From the NCBI GenBank assembly GCA_040285825.1, contig JAUPSS010000004.1, forward strand, positions 2,708,550-2,772,549: a stretch of 64,000 nt of DNA. Direction: 5' to 3'. The DNA is from Eukaryota sp. TZLM1-RC. Its lineage: Eukaryota > Protista > Metamonada: BaSk clade. The notes under the pieces are model-generated. The model was given only the letters and a program-made list of their open reading frames with translations, did not search any database and was not told the origin of the DNA. Both the position numbers and the translations under genes were made by a program. This document shows, in pieces, positions 1 to 12,849 of the stretch; within the stretch, counting starts at the first letter, position 1; every line of letters starts with the position of its first letter.

Positions 1-1733
1 TAAACTCGTCCCCGACTTTGACGTTTTCAAAGTGTTTTTTTGATTTGTTTGAGAAATCTCTTTCGGGGATTTCACAGATTGACGTGATGGACCACCACCG
101 CCATTGCCGAACCAAACTATAGTGTTTCTTCCTTCAGATAAGCGTTTAATTTTGTTAATAAAACTAGTTAGTCTCTTTTTGTCTTCGTATGAAGAAATCA
201 AACTTATTTCTTCTCAGCTTTTTTTCTTGCACCACGCTGCAAATTTCCAGACATAATTGAAGCATATTCAGGCTCTTCCTCAGATTCAGGAACATAAGGT
301 AAACTTATTTCAATCAGATACTCTTGGAAGCTCTGAGCGGAATAAGTGTTAGGAGTTGCTTGAGTGAGAGGAGGGGGGTGATTTAGTCTTCGTTCTTTTG
401 GATTCAGTAGCAGTCCAGAACGTTCAAAAACAGTAGCAGAATTTCGGAAAGAACCAGCAGTCCAACCACAAAGATTGCTGTGGTTGGGATCAATGGCTAC
501 AAAAAACAAATTTTCATCAGGATCTCTGTAATTGGGCTGTTGTTCCACTGGTAACCGCGGTCTTCTCTGTGGATTTGCTGTTGTATGGACATTGGATTTT
601 CGTTTCCTTTCAGAGTTATGAAAATCATAATTTCCAGAGGCTCGCCTGGGTTCAAATTCCGCTTTATTTGGCCTATTATAAGTTTTTCTTTCCTTCTGGG
701 TAAACGTAAACCGCAAGGAATCACCATTCGAAAAAATGGTATAGTTAATAAATTTCGATTTATTAAAAAACCGATAAGGGTTGTTCAGAAGCTCTTTGTT
801 TGCATTTAGTTTTGTGAAATAAGCTTCTGCTTCTTTAGTCAAGCTGCAGAAGCACGGAGACCAACTGGACAGCGGAGAGAGAGAGTGCCTTTTCATCACA
901 TCAGGGCAGTTATCTTCTAAAAAAGATAAAATGTTCAAGCCAGATTGAACGATTGTTGCAGCAGACTCCATATTGATGGGAAACCGTTCGTTTCTTATTG
1001 AATTTTCGAACAAATTTTGACCGCCACCAATATAGGCGTTGGCTGTCATATTGAGCCAATGGACCAAGATATGCTGGTGTATTTCTTGATACCATTGTAA
1101 AATTGACTCATCTGGCTGAATCCCTTGAAGTACACAGTCGGCGTATTTCTTGGGCCAGGGGCAATTTAGAAACTGGGCACAGCTTTTGAAAAAATTGCGT
1201 TTCCAGACGACAGGGCCGTCAGCAAGCAACTGACAAAAGGCTTCTCGCAGTTGGATGGCTCGACTGCCAAGAAGAGTGGAGAGACACCAAAATCTACCAC
1301 CGTCGGCTGAGGTGGTTTCATTCAGCGGTCGCCAGGGCCAAAAGTGCTGAACAAGGTGTTGCAGCGCTTGGTAAACCAAAGGATGGTTTTCAAATGGCCT
1401 CCTTTGTTTAGGTTCACTTTGGCAAACAAAGTCGAAACAGAGGCTCCAGAACTGGCTTTGAGTAAGCCACATAGAGTGTTCTGGGTATTGGAGCACAAAG
1501 AGTCGTGCTAGGTGAGTAGCATGAGCTCCAATACTAGCAAGAACTTGGAACTGGCGTTCCATAGCTTCTTGTGCCTCTGAGTCGAAGAACTGGTTGACAG
1601 ACGCTCCCACAGTTGTAGTTTGTAGAACGTTATCCATGGCAGTCAACACAGAACGGAAACAGTCAGAAATGATTGAAAATTTGTTTACTAAAATTGAAAA
1701 TTTGTTGAAGTCAATCAATCTTATAGTTGTCAA
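1..1733 (-). pseudogene. Fanzor (eukaryotic TnpB-like RNA-guided nuclease), copy F1; frameshifted, runs off the window start
   Basis: ORF 204..1733 has a WED-like YTIFSNGDSLRFTF and RuvC-I FVAIDPNHSNL. My translation of 1..220(-), with frameshifts, continues KLRRNKFDFFIRRQK / LTSFINKIK..IVWFGNGGGG / RFLKQIKK..VGDEF, the Fanzor-type rearranged RuvC-II. Clearly homologous to 56193..57400. The real start is probably MDNVLQ (~1638). Confidence 0.85.
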
Positions 1734-2904
1734 TTCAAAGTAAAGTTAGTTACAAGTGTTTATTAATGAGACATATCGTTCAAGATTACTTTCTGAATAT
1801 TTTCCTTTCTTCAGACAAGAACTACATGTTACAAAAGTTGGTGAGTGGAGTTTGGTTGGGTTGTCATCATTGCCCAGATTCGTAATTGAATTTCATTTCA
1901 TCACTTACAACATTTCATCACTTACTCTACTACGAACCTTCTCCTACGAATCCTTGCTTGCAGCTACTACCACTCTTTATGTCGGAAATTGAGAATCACT
2001 TTTATTTTAAGTAAAGTTTTTTTTTCTTCCTTCCTCGCTGTTACTACATTGTCATAGGTCCCTTCCCTCAAGTTCATGTTTTCATTCTCAGTTCCAAAAC
2101 TTTTCCAAACACTGGTTTTCACTACTCAACACTGATTGTGACTTATCCCATGCTTCGGCAATAGTAATCCTCCTTTGCTCAATTAAACCATCATTCATCA
2201 CCCCATCATGGAATCATGATCGGCAACTAATTGTCTCCCTTTTGTACAAACTAACAACCTCAACCCTGCCCCACCCTTTCCTTCTTTCTCTTTATCAACG
2301 TCTCTCTACCCTCGTCACTTGCTTCCGTCCTTTTTCTGACCCCCCTCCCCCGTACTGTCTCAAAATCTATTGCTGAATGGTGTTGTGCTGAATTATATCC
2401 ACAATAGCATATTGTTTGGGGAAATACAAGACAAGAATTATTCGGTTATTTTATGGTTGGTTTATGGTTGTTTTATGGTTTTATGTTTTCTCACTTCTAC
2501 TTCAATCAGTCACACTGATGTCATAACATCATCTCCATTCATACTGTAATATGTCACAGACCACATGTTTAAGGTGTGTATATTTTTTTTAATTTTTTTA
2601 TTAAAAACCTAAATAAATCAACATCTAAAAAATCCATCTCTTCCAAAACAAAAACACTAGCTCCAACTTTCTCATAGTCAGATCCAAAAGAAAGCAAAGC
2701 ACCAGAATTGATGTGGCGAGCAGAAAGAGACATAACAAAAGGTTGGGCAATGGGATTATATCCACAATAGCATATTGTTTGGGGCATATTGTTTGGGGGA
2801 GTTTTGGGGGAAAACTGAAATTGGGAATGTTTGGGGGAATTGTATTCAACATAAAAATCAACCACAGCTCAAGATCACTTATACTGATTTTGCATTTTCA
2901 AAAT

Positions 2905-3190
2905 CTGATTCATAGAACAGTCACATTTTAAAACTCAACCAAGAACCTCAACTAAGGCTCAAAACCCATCAATTGAATGACGGGAGCTTTTCGCTATTCA
3001 CTTGAATAGCAACTTGCTTGTTATAAAAATCCGTAATGTTATTCCAAATGGTATTAATATAACGAACAAGGGCTTTCACTAACGAAAAAAACGATTCTGT
3101 TCTTATAAATGGGAAATAAGACGTATGGCCACTTTCTTTCTAAAGTTTTCCTAAATAATTTAGAAAATTGTATTCTAAATAAAGTTAAAT
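2905..3190 (-). mobile_element. 3' fragment of an RLE non-LTR retrotransposon (family D)
   Basis: KNRIVF C-terminal motif. Its 3' UTR (ttagttgagg..ggttgagttttaaaatgtg) is shared with the copy at 49060-49160. Confidence 0.7.
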
Positions 3191-4130
3191 AAACGATTGA
3201 CTGGAATGTATGAAAAAGATCTTTATAATAATATATGCAGGTCGGCTGTTTTAAATCAAGATCTTCACTCATTGTTATTGGAAAAGGGTGTTTGTGAAAA
3301 CAAGTCGTCAGATTCTTCACTTTTTGTAACCATTGTACCACGAAGATTTGGATTGTGTGCCACTAATGAAGCATTTGTAACAAAAATGAGATTATATTTG
3401 AACATCCCCATTAACCAATTATTATCAAGAGAAAAATGTATTTGTTCGAATTCACCTCAACTCACTTTGCGCCATGCTCTGAATTGCTCTAAATTGATAA
3501 CTTATCGTTCTTCATTACATGATGCTGTTGAAGACACTGTTTTCAATATGGCACAAACTGCAAGGATATCGTGTATCCAAGTGCCCCTGCTGAAGGAAAC
3601 ACTTTCTCTGAATAATTTTGGTTCTGATGATAGAGGTGATGTATACTGTGATTGGATTGATAATTCTGAAGCTATTGTTGACTTTGTCTCATGTAATGTT
3701 GCAAATGATACTTTGGTTCACAGAAGAAAACTTAATCCTGTGGCTGCTCTGGATTTTAAAGCAAAAGAGAAACATAGAAAATATGATAAAGATATTGAAG
3801 AGGCAAATGTCGATAGAAAATACAGAGCTGGTTTTTATTGATTTCCCATTTTCGATAAATGGAAGATTATCAGTTGAAGCAGAAACTTTTTTGGATGACT
3901 TCCAAAAAATGGTGCAAGAAAAAACAATGAAAAGATTTGATATTTTTTTATGGCGTTCACGGATTCAATTTGCCATTATTAATAGATTACCGCGGTTTTT
4001 CAATCGAATTAGAGAAGCTTTAGCTAGACAGCAAGCAGATCAAGATTCTGTAGAGGAAATCTTTGTTCAATGATAGTCGTCCCATTAGTTATGAGTTAAT
4101 TTAATTAAGTGTGCAAATTCAATAAATATA
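3191..4130 (+). mobile_element. Family A RLE non-LTR retrotransposon, 3' fragment
   Basis: Zinc knuckle CIC..HALNC and RLE motif RGDVYCDW..IVDFV..KHRKY, followed by the shared 3' UTR ending CAATAAAT. Confidence 0.9.
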
Positions 4131-5209
4131 TTATTTTGTATAATTAGAAATTATAGTTTTGTTTAATTTTGTTATTTGAAACGACATCGAAAGCTGGCGG
4201 CAAATTGTTGAATAGGAAGTTATGGAACTTTGAGTTATTTGATATTTCACTGGTTTGTTAGTACAAGCTAAACGTTACCTTCTCATTCTGGAAGTACATC
4301 ACGTCATCCATAGTTTATGTTGTATTGGTGTTTGATTTTCTCTGATTACCTTCATTCCGTACATACACTTTTTGTTTTATTGATTATGTTCAGATCACGA
4401 AAAGCAACAAGTTTCTGAATAAAAAGTAAGAGAACAAATTCTAGCAATGAAAAAGATCCTACAGTTTTTGTTTTTGTTTTCAGTGCTTCAAAACTGATAA
4501 TGAATAAGGAGAGACATCTGTACTTTGCAATAAATCAATATTGTATTATGATATAGTAATGTATTTTGATTGAATTCCAAATTTATGATTCCTGATTGTA
4601 GATATGTACTGATTGTGACTGATTCTTGACCAATCTGGATTCAAATATGTGTGCAAATTGCAATCAGAAATTATTTTACAACCTGTCTTTTATATAATAA
4701 ATGATTAAAATTGATCAAAATAACAACATTATTTCCATTGCTTAACCAAATTGAAAAAGTCAATTACAAAAGACCTGTTCTTCACCATCTTTTGCAAAAG
4801 TGGATAAAAATTAGCCAAATTGTTTTACTAAAGGTTGCAAAATGTCACAAAACTATCACCCAGTTTATTTCAATAATTATATGATTGCCAACCACCTGCG
4901 AACATTTAATAACTAAAAAGTCAAAAACAACCCATTACGATGAATCAACTAACTGAATCATCTCTTGGTATTTTCTTATTTTTCGCATTGACCCACTGAA
5001 CCAATTTCATCCTCCTTGGCAAAAAACCGTTATTTCAGACAAATTGAAATTAATATTGAATATTCAAAAAACAATGTTAAGCATCAAACAAATTGTTGAA
5101 TTTGTTCTTGCTTGAAAAAGCTTCAGTATTTTATGTTTTCATATTGCTTGTTTTTCATTATTAATATTAATTTTGAGAATTTTTTGGTTCCATTTGTCCT
5201 CCTTTTTAA

Positions 5210-7280
5210 CAAAATTTCGTAAATAATTCCGAAGATTTGACTGATATAGCACCGAGAAAACAGTCATCTGAGAAATTAAGTAAAATTTTTGAAGACCAAT
5301 GCTTTGACAACAAATAATCTAGGGCTTTGTCAGCTTTAGATCCCGGAGTTAAAGCGCCCAACAATCAAAATACTATGGATAAACTAAAAATACTTCATCC
5401 TTTGGAAGACCCTATAATGGATCAAAAATTTTACGCAACTTACTGGGAAAATTATCTATTTATGCCATCAGAAGTATTTTCGGTGAAAAGAAAGAGACCA
5501 CGCGGTAAGTCTGCCGGACTTTCTGGTATTACTATTGATCATGTAAAAGCCACGATTATTTCTTTAGAGAATTTTTTTTGAACAATAATATTTTTTTATT
5601 CACTCAACAACGAATATGAAAACTTCAGAAGTTTGTCTTCTTTTATTAACCAAATTTTTCAACAGAGTATTGACTGGTTAACTCAAATATCCAGAAGAAT
5701 TAAGAAGTTCTCGTTTGACTGCACTTGTCAAAAATTCAAAAATGGATGTTAGTTCTATTGCAGTCTCTGAGAGTTTACAAAATATTTTTTCTGCGTGTTG
5801 CTTAAACAGGTTCAATGAAAAAGCAAAAAAGATTTTATTACCCTTTCAATATGGAATTAATACCATTGATGGAGTTTCTTCAGCGATATTTGCTACAGAT
5901 GTTAATATTTCGCCAAAATGAATCCAATACTTGTATGTCATTGGATTTTAATAATGCATTCAATTCACTCAGTCGTCGCAATATCCATGGTGCATTATTG
6001 CAATATATGCCGGAATTACTGCCGCATTTTCAATCAACATATAGCACAAATTCTAATCTACATTTTGATAATTCCATTTTGAGTTCATCAAGTGGTGTAA
6101 AGCAAGGAGATCCGTTAGGACCTCTTTTGTTTTGTTTGGCCATTCATCCTATTTTATTGCAAATTCAAGACATGTTCGCTTCGCTGAAAATGATTGCATA
6201 TATGCATGATGTTTTTCTTACTGGTGATTTAAATATTGCGAAACAAGCAACTGTATGTTTTAAAGAATTATTTACCAAAATTGGTCTCTGACTTAGTTTA
6301 CTGAAATATGTTTTGTTTTCGAATTCTCAGTTTCCACAGTGGTTGATGGTATTGAAATTCAGGCCAAATTATATTCAATTGATGATATTCGTCAATTGGG
6401 TTCGTTTTTAGGAAATATTGATGATATTACCAACAAATTGTTTGAAAAGTTGAACTCAATTTCTGACAAAATTGACCGAATGATGAATTTAGATATACAA
6501 AAACACATCAAATTTACCATTATAAGACTGTGTTTTAGTTCCAACTTCAATCATATATTTCGATATACAAAACCTCTTGTCACTAGGCCTTTGGCTCAGA
6601 AGTTTAATGAATTACGTGCAAAAGTTCTGTCACAATTACTGGGATGTAAAATGTTCCAAATTCCAGATCATGCTTACCTCAGTCCAGATTATGGCGGTTT
6701 AGGGTGGACTAAGGCTTCTATTCTTACCTCGTGTGCTTTTGTTGGTGGATGCAGAAATGCAATCGTTGAGTTTTCCGAAAGATTTGCAGATTGGGAAGAT
6801 TTATTGATAACAACGCAAAGTTCCATTGTTTTTGCATTAAATGAAGAAACTTCAAAAATTGATGTAGAAAAGTGGGGTCGATGCTTTCCCCAATCATATA
6901 ATGGCAATATTCCAGAAAAGAATGTTTTAAATTTGAAGTACACTCTTCGAACATTACAGAAATGATTGACTGGAATGTATGAAAATGATCTTTATAATAA
7001 TATATGCAGCTCGGCTGTTTTAAATCAAGATATCCAGTCATTGTTATTGGAAAAATGTGTTTGTGAAAATCAGTCATCAGATTCTTCACTTTTTGTAACC
7101 ATAGTACCACGAAGATTTGGATTGTGTGCCACTAGTGAAGCATTTGTAACACAAATGAGATTACATTTGAATATCCCCGTTCATCAATTATTAGATTTTG
7201 TAGAGGAAATCTTGGTTCAATGATAGTCGTCCCATTAGTAATGAGTTAACTTAAATAAGTGTGCAAATTCAATAAATACA
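5210..7280 (+). mobile_element. Family A RLE non-LTR retrotransposon, degenerate RT region with an internal deletion
   Basis: RT motifs KSAGLSG, LDFNNAFNS, GVKQGDPLGPLLF and AYMHD (degenerate YMDD). About 0.62 kb of the knuckle/RLE region is deleted near 7193. Confidence 0.9.
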
Positions 7281-8609
7281 TTTTACCCAAATAAAGTTCT
7301 GTTCAGCATTTTACCAATCGTTGATTAATTTCAGTAAATGCTATCCAATGTTGAAGCAAGTAGCAAATATGGATGATTTCTCAATTACTGGTTCTATCAA
7401 TGTTCGTAAGAACAACTGATCTTGATACTTCATGTGACTTTTCCTATCCTTTCATCTATTATTTGATAATTGTATTTTATTTTTAATTCTCATTTAATTA
7501 TTTGAGACTGAATTGTTTGCATCATCGATTGATGTCCATCCCCATTTGATTCTAAGACATGTTTTTCATCATCAAATTTTGGTTGTATTAATTTCACTTA
7601 ATCTGTGCATTCTTTGTCATCCCGCTTTTGTTTTACAAAAACCTTATTCACTTTTTATCACCACTTCTCGAATATATAAAGTGATGACATGGCAATAACC
7701 GTGACGTTGATTTACTGAGTTTTGCAAATAAAAATAATTCAAGAGATGTAGAAACTACTCTTGATTGGTTGCCTTCTGACATTTAAAGTAAATGGCGCTT
7801 CCGTTGTTGTACACAAAAACTATCCAGAACGGAGAAAAATAAGGGTATTGTGTTTGAAATTGCAAGAAATGTCAACAATATATTTTTGAAATATGGATTT
7901 TAATTTTTGTATCAGCTCAGGCAGAATGATATTCCTGCTTTCGCAAATTTTCCGCTAGTTGTTGAAAACAGTTTACATTATTTGTTGTGGAGAATGTGTA
8001 ATGATTAGGTGAAATTTCTTACAACTTATTCTTATAAAAGATGTATTTTGTGTCTTAAATGTCATTCTACATTTGTTTTACTAACATTTCTCAGTTACTT
8101 TAGAAACATTTTAAGTGACTACGTGTATACAGTATAATAAATCAAATTTCACATTAAAAAAGCTCTACACTGTACGTACACCTTTGTTTTCATTTCGAGA
8201 TTGATTAATTTGCATGTCCTTTTTTCGTATTGTCATGGTTCCTTTTGCCATGTCTGATACATTTTATGTCTTGGAGCCTTATTTTACTGTGTCCGAATAT
8301 GGTTGGACAACCAATGAGAAAAGCAATTATTTATCAGGCACAAACAGTGAGGATTTTATCCCCTTTGGATAAAATGGTAATTCATTGTCTGGTTGCTTCT
8401 TTGAAAAGATGCTTCATTTCATAAAATGGTGAATGATTTCTAAAAGTTGGCGAAGTTTTTCTAAAATTCGACACAAATTAATCTCCATAGTTATTGAATT
8501 TTATTCTCAAATTGGACACAAACTGGTGAGTAAGACTGAGCTCTTGATATTTGTTAATAATCACCTCACTGTATCTGTATCCTATTTGTGTTTAAATGAT
8601 TTAACTTAA

Positions 8610-9330
8610 ATGATCATTAATCAATTATCATCAAAAGAAAATTGTATTTGTTCGAGTTCACCACAACTCACTTTGTGTCATGCTCTGAATTGTTCGAAAT
8701 TGATAAGTTATCGTTGTTTATTAATTGAAGCTGTTAGAGACACTGTTTTCAATATGGTACAAACTGCAAGAATATCGTTTATCAAAGAGCCTCTGCTGAA
8801 GGAAACACTCTCATAGAATAATTCTGGCTCTGATAATAGAGGTGATGTATGTTGTGATGGGATTGAGAACTCTGAAGCTGTTGTTGACCTGGTCTTCTGT
8901 AATGTTGAAAATGACACTTTGTTTCACAGAAGAAAACTTAATCCTGTATGTTCTCTAGAATTTAAAGCTAAAGAACAACGTAGAAAATATGACAAAGATA
9001 TCGGAAAAGCTAATGTTGGTAGAAATACCCAACTAGTTTTATGGCTTTTCCATTTTCGATAAATGGAAGACTATCAGCAGAAGCAAAAACCTTTTTGAAT
9101 GACTTTTAAAAAATGGTTCAAGAAAAAACAAAAGATTTGATATTTTTTTATGAAGCTCACAGATTCATTTTGCAATTATTAATAGATTACCTTGGTTTTT
9201 CAATCAAATAAGAGAAGTTTTTCCTGGACAGCAAGCAGTTCAAGATTATGTAAAGCAAATGTTGGTTCAATGATATTCGTCCCATCAGTTATGAATTATT
9301 TAAATTAGGTGTGCATTTTCAATAAATAAA
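8610..9330 (+). mobile_element. Older, diverged family A 3' fragment
   Basis: CICSSSPQLTLCHALNC, RGDVCCD, multiple stops, and a similar 3' UTR. Confidence 0.85.
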
Positions 9331-9744
9331 TGGTTATCGTTTCAAGCTTTCAGCAAATTAATTTTGTTATTGTTCGAGATTAACGGTAGTTTTTAGAAAA
9401 ATAATTTTCGTAAACCATAATTTTTTATGAGAAACTGAAGTGAACAATAAAAAGTAACATTGAAAAAGTTCAACTATCGTCACTCTTTCAGTCAGGGGCA
9501 ACGTCTTTGCAAACTGAAGAACCATGAACAGACCTCTTTTGCATAGTATTAGGATGATGTTGTCAGAAGGTAATGGGAGGGTTGTATAAATTTGTTGTAC
9601 CGGATTTACTCACTTCAATTTAACTGCAATAGAGTTGTGTACTTAAAGATTGAAAGTAACAGTAAAGAGAAAGGACATTAGTAAAGAAAAGAACTCCTTG
9701 CATAATTTTGTCAAATATTGTTAAATTATGAAGCTTCAAGTGCG

Positions 9745-9863
9745 GCGGCTGTGGTCTAGTGGCAAGACAGGATGCTTTAACTTTCATTTACAATGATTAA
9801 TTTCGGAACTCAGTTGCACCCCAATTAAACATCAACACCCGGGTTCGATTCCCGGCGGCCGCT
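9745..9863 (+). tRNA. Intron-containing tRNA gene with anticodon UUA (ochre-suppressor type; Gln-like body)
   Basis: Acceptor stem GCGGCTG/CGGCCGC, D stem GTCT/AGAC, anticodon stem GGATG/CATCA, loop CT-TTA-A with a 48-nt intron (9781-9828) at position 37/38, T arm CCGGG-TTCGATT-CCCGG, then a T6 Pol III terminator. Confidence 0.85.
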
Positions 9864-10139
9864 TTTTTCGATTCAGAACTGCAATGCAAAGAAAACATCA
9901 ATCAATGGCACGACAAGTGTGTGTTCAATAAACATCAGTATGTTTCAGACTAAATAGTCAGAATACACCAAATGAATGTTCCTGACAGAAACCAAATATT
10001 GACTCCATTCATTCCAAATTAAGAGCCCAAAGCTGGAGTATAAATGGCATCAAAGGAGATCAGTAGAATAATTGTGTATGAAATTGGTTTCAGAAATGCA
10101 TTTTGAGTGAAATCAAGATCCTATTCACATACCAAATTC

Positions 10140-10450
10140 CGTTGGACAGAAGGAAGTGAGGTCATGGAAATTTAATCACAAGTTTCCTTTTTGTTCCTTT
10201 TGCTCTTCCCGATTTTTGGCCAGACTGGTTTAAATTTTTTCAATAATTTTGATATTCTTTGCCGTTGAAATGGTGAGAAATTTGCGGAGAATTTATGGAC
10301 GAATTGTGTCATTTTTGCTTTGTACAGAAGTGTTCCCAGGTGATTAAATTTAATTATGTCCAAGCTTCGCAAGGATTCTTCAAGAGTTGATGCAGAGAAT
10401 TCTGTTTCTTTTGTAATTTAATTTGTTTTGTTTTGTTTAATAATTACGTA
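10140..10450 (+). mobile_element. Degenerate C-terminal RLE fragment of another retrotransposon family
   Basis: My translation FVPFALPIFGQTGLNFFNNF..LWTNCVIFALYRSVPR parallels the RLE C-termini of the other families. Repeated at ~18404-18714. Confidence 0.6.
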
Positions 10451-11768
10451 GTCACTAGACCTTTGGCTCAGAAGTTTAATGAGTTACGTGCAAAAGTTCT
10501 GTCTCAATTACTGGGATGTAAAATGTTTCAAATTCCAGATCATGCTTACCTTAGTCCACATTATGGCGGTTTAGGGTGGACGAAGGCTTCTATTCTTACC
10601 TCGTGTGCTTTTGTTGGTTGATGTAGAAATGCAATCTTTGAGTTTTCCGAAAGATTTGCAGATTGGGAAGATTTATTGATGACAACGCAAAGTTCCACTG
10701 TTTTTGCATTAAATGAAGAAATTTCAAAAATTGATGTAGAAAAATGGGGTCGATGTTTTCCCCAATCATTCAATGGCAATATTCCAGAAAAAAATGTTTT
10801 AAATTTGAAGTACACTCTTCGAACATTACAGAAACGATTGACTGGAATGTATGAAAAAGATCTTTATAATAATATATGCAGGTCGGCTGTTTTAAATCAA
10901 GATCTTCACTCATTGTTATTGGAAAAGGGTGTTTGTGAAAACAAGTCGTCAGATTCTTCACTTTTTGTAACCTTTGTACCACGAAGATTTGGATTGTGTG
11001 CCACTAATGATGCATTTGTAGCAAAAATGAGATTATATTTGAACATCCCCATTAACCAATTATTATCAAAAGAAAAATGTATTTGTTCGAATTCACCTCA
11101 ACTCACTTTGCGCCATGCTCTGAATTGCTCTAAATTGATAACTTGTCGTTCTTCATTACATGATGCTGTTAGAGACACTGTTTTCAATATGGCACAAACT
11201 GCAAGGATATCGTGTATCAAAGAGCCCCTGCTGAAGGAAACATTTCTCTGAATAATTTTGGTTCTGATGATAGAGGTGATATATACTGTGTTTTGATTGA
11301 TAATTCTGAAGCTATTGTTGACTTTGTCTCATGTAATGTTGCAAATGATACTTTGGTTCACAGAAGAAAACTTAATCCTGTGGCTGCTCTGGACTTTAAA
11401 GCAAAAGAGAAACATAGAAAATATGATAAAGATATTGAAGAGGCAAATGTCGATGGAAAATACACAGCTGGTTTTTATTGCTTTCCCATTTTCGATAAAT
11501 GGAAGATTATCAGTTGAAGCAGAAACTTTTTTGGATGACTTCCAAAAAATGGTGCAAGAAAAAACAATGAAAAGATTTGATATTTTTTTATGGCGTTCAC
11601 GGATTCAATTTGCCATTATTAATAGATTACCGCGGTTATTCAATCGAATAAGAGAAGCTTTAGCTAGACAGCAAGCAGATCAAGATTTTGTAGAGGAAAT
11701 CTTTGTTCAATGATAGTCGTCCCATTAGTATTGAGTCAATTTAATTAAGTGTGCAAATTCAATAAATA
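10451..11768 (+). mobile_element. Family A retrotransposon, 3' half
   Basis: Runs from VTRPLAQKF through YGGLG, the knuckle and RLE to the 3' UTR. Confidence 0.9.
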
Positions 11769-12849
11769 TATTATTTTGTATAATTAGAAATTATAGTTTT
11801 GTTTAATTTTGTTATTTGAAACGACATCGAAAGCTGGCGGCAAATTGTTGAATAGGAAGTTATGGAACTTTGAGTTATTTGATATTTCACTGGTTTGTTA
11901 GCACAAGCTAAACGTTACCTTCTCATTCTGGAAGTACATCACGTCATCCATAGTTTATGTTGTATTGGTGTTTGATTTTCTCTGATTTCCTTCATTCCGT
12001 ACATACACTTTTTGTTTTATTGTTTATATTCAGATCACGAAAAGCAACAAGTTTCTGAATAAAAAGTAAGAGAACAAATTCTAGCAATGAAAAAGATCCT
12101 ACAGTTTTTGTTTTTGTTTTCAGTGGTTCAAAACTGATAATGAATAAGGAGAGACATCTGTACTTTGCAATAAATCAATATTGTATTATGATATAGCAAT
12201 GTATTTTGATTGAATTCCAAATTTATGATTCCTGATTGTAGATATGTACTGATTGTGACTGATTCTTGACCAATCTGGATTCAAATATGTGTGCAAATTG
12301 CAACCAGAAATTATTTTACAACCTGTCTTTTATATAATAAATGATTAAAATTGATCAAAATAACAACATTATTTCCATTGCTTAACCAAATTGAAAAAGT
12401 CAATTACAAAAGAGCTGTTCTTCACCATCTTTTGCAAAAGTGGATAAAAATTAGCCAAATTGTTTTACTAAAGGTTGCAAAATGTCACAAAACTATCACC
12501 CAGTTTATTTCAATAATTATATGATTGCCAACCACCTGCGAACATTTAATAGCTAAAAAGTCAAAAACAACCCATTACGATGAATCAACTAACAGAATCA
12601 TCTCTTGGTATTTTCTTATTTTTCGCATTGACCCACTGAACCAATTTCATCCTCCTTGGCAAAAAACCGTTATTTCAGACAAATTGAAATTAATATTGAA
12701 TATTCAAAAAACAATGTTAAGCATCAAACAAATTGTTGAATTTGTTTTTGCTTGAAAAAGCTTCAGTATTTTATGTTTTCATATTGCTTGTTTTTCATTA
12801 TTAATATTAATTTTGAGAATTTTTTGGTTCCATTTGTCCTCCTTTTTAA

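Noticed and set aside
6689-7110. Recurrent antisense and alternative-frame ORFs (MYFKFKTFF.., MVLMIEVMY..)
   Set aside because: Shadow ORFs that recur only because the family A element is repeated; no independent motifs.
9776-9829. tRNA intron read as a piggyBac-like TTAA insertion
   Set aside because: TTAA is duplicated, but there are no terminal inverted repeats and the position is the canonical 37/38 intron site.
9330-10450. tRNA-specific targeting by the retrotransposons
   Set aside because: No element end abuts the tRNA, and the other insertions have unrelated targets.
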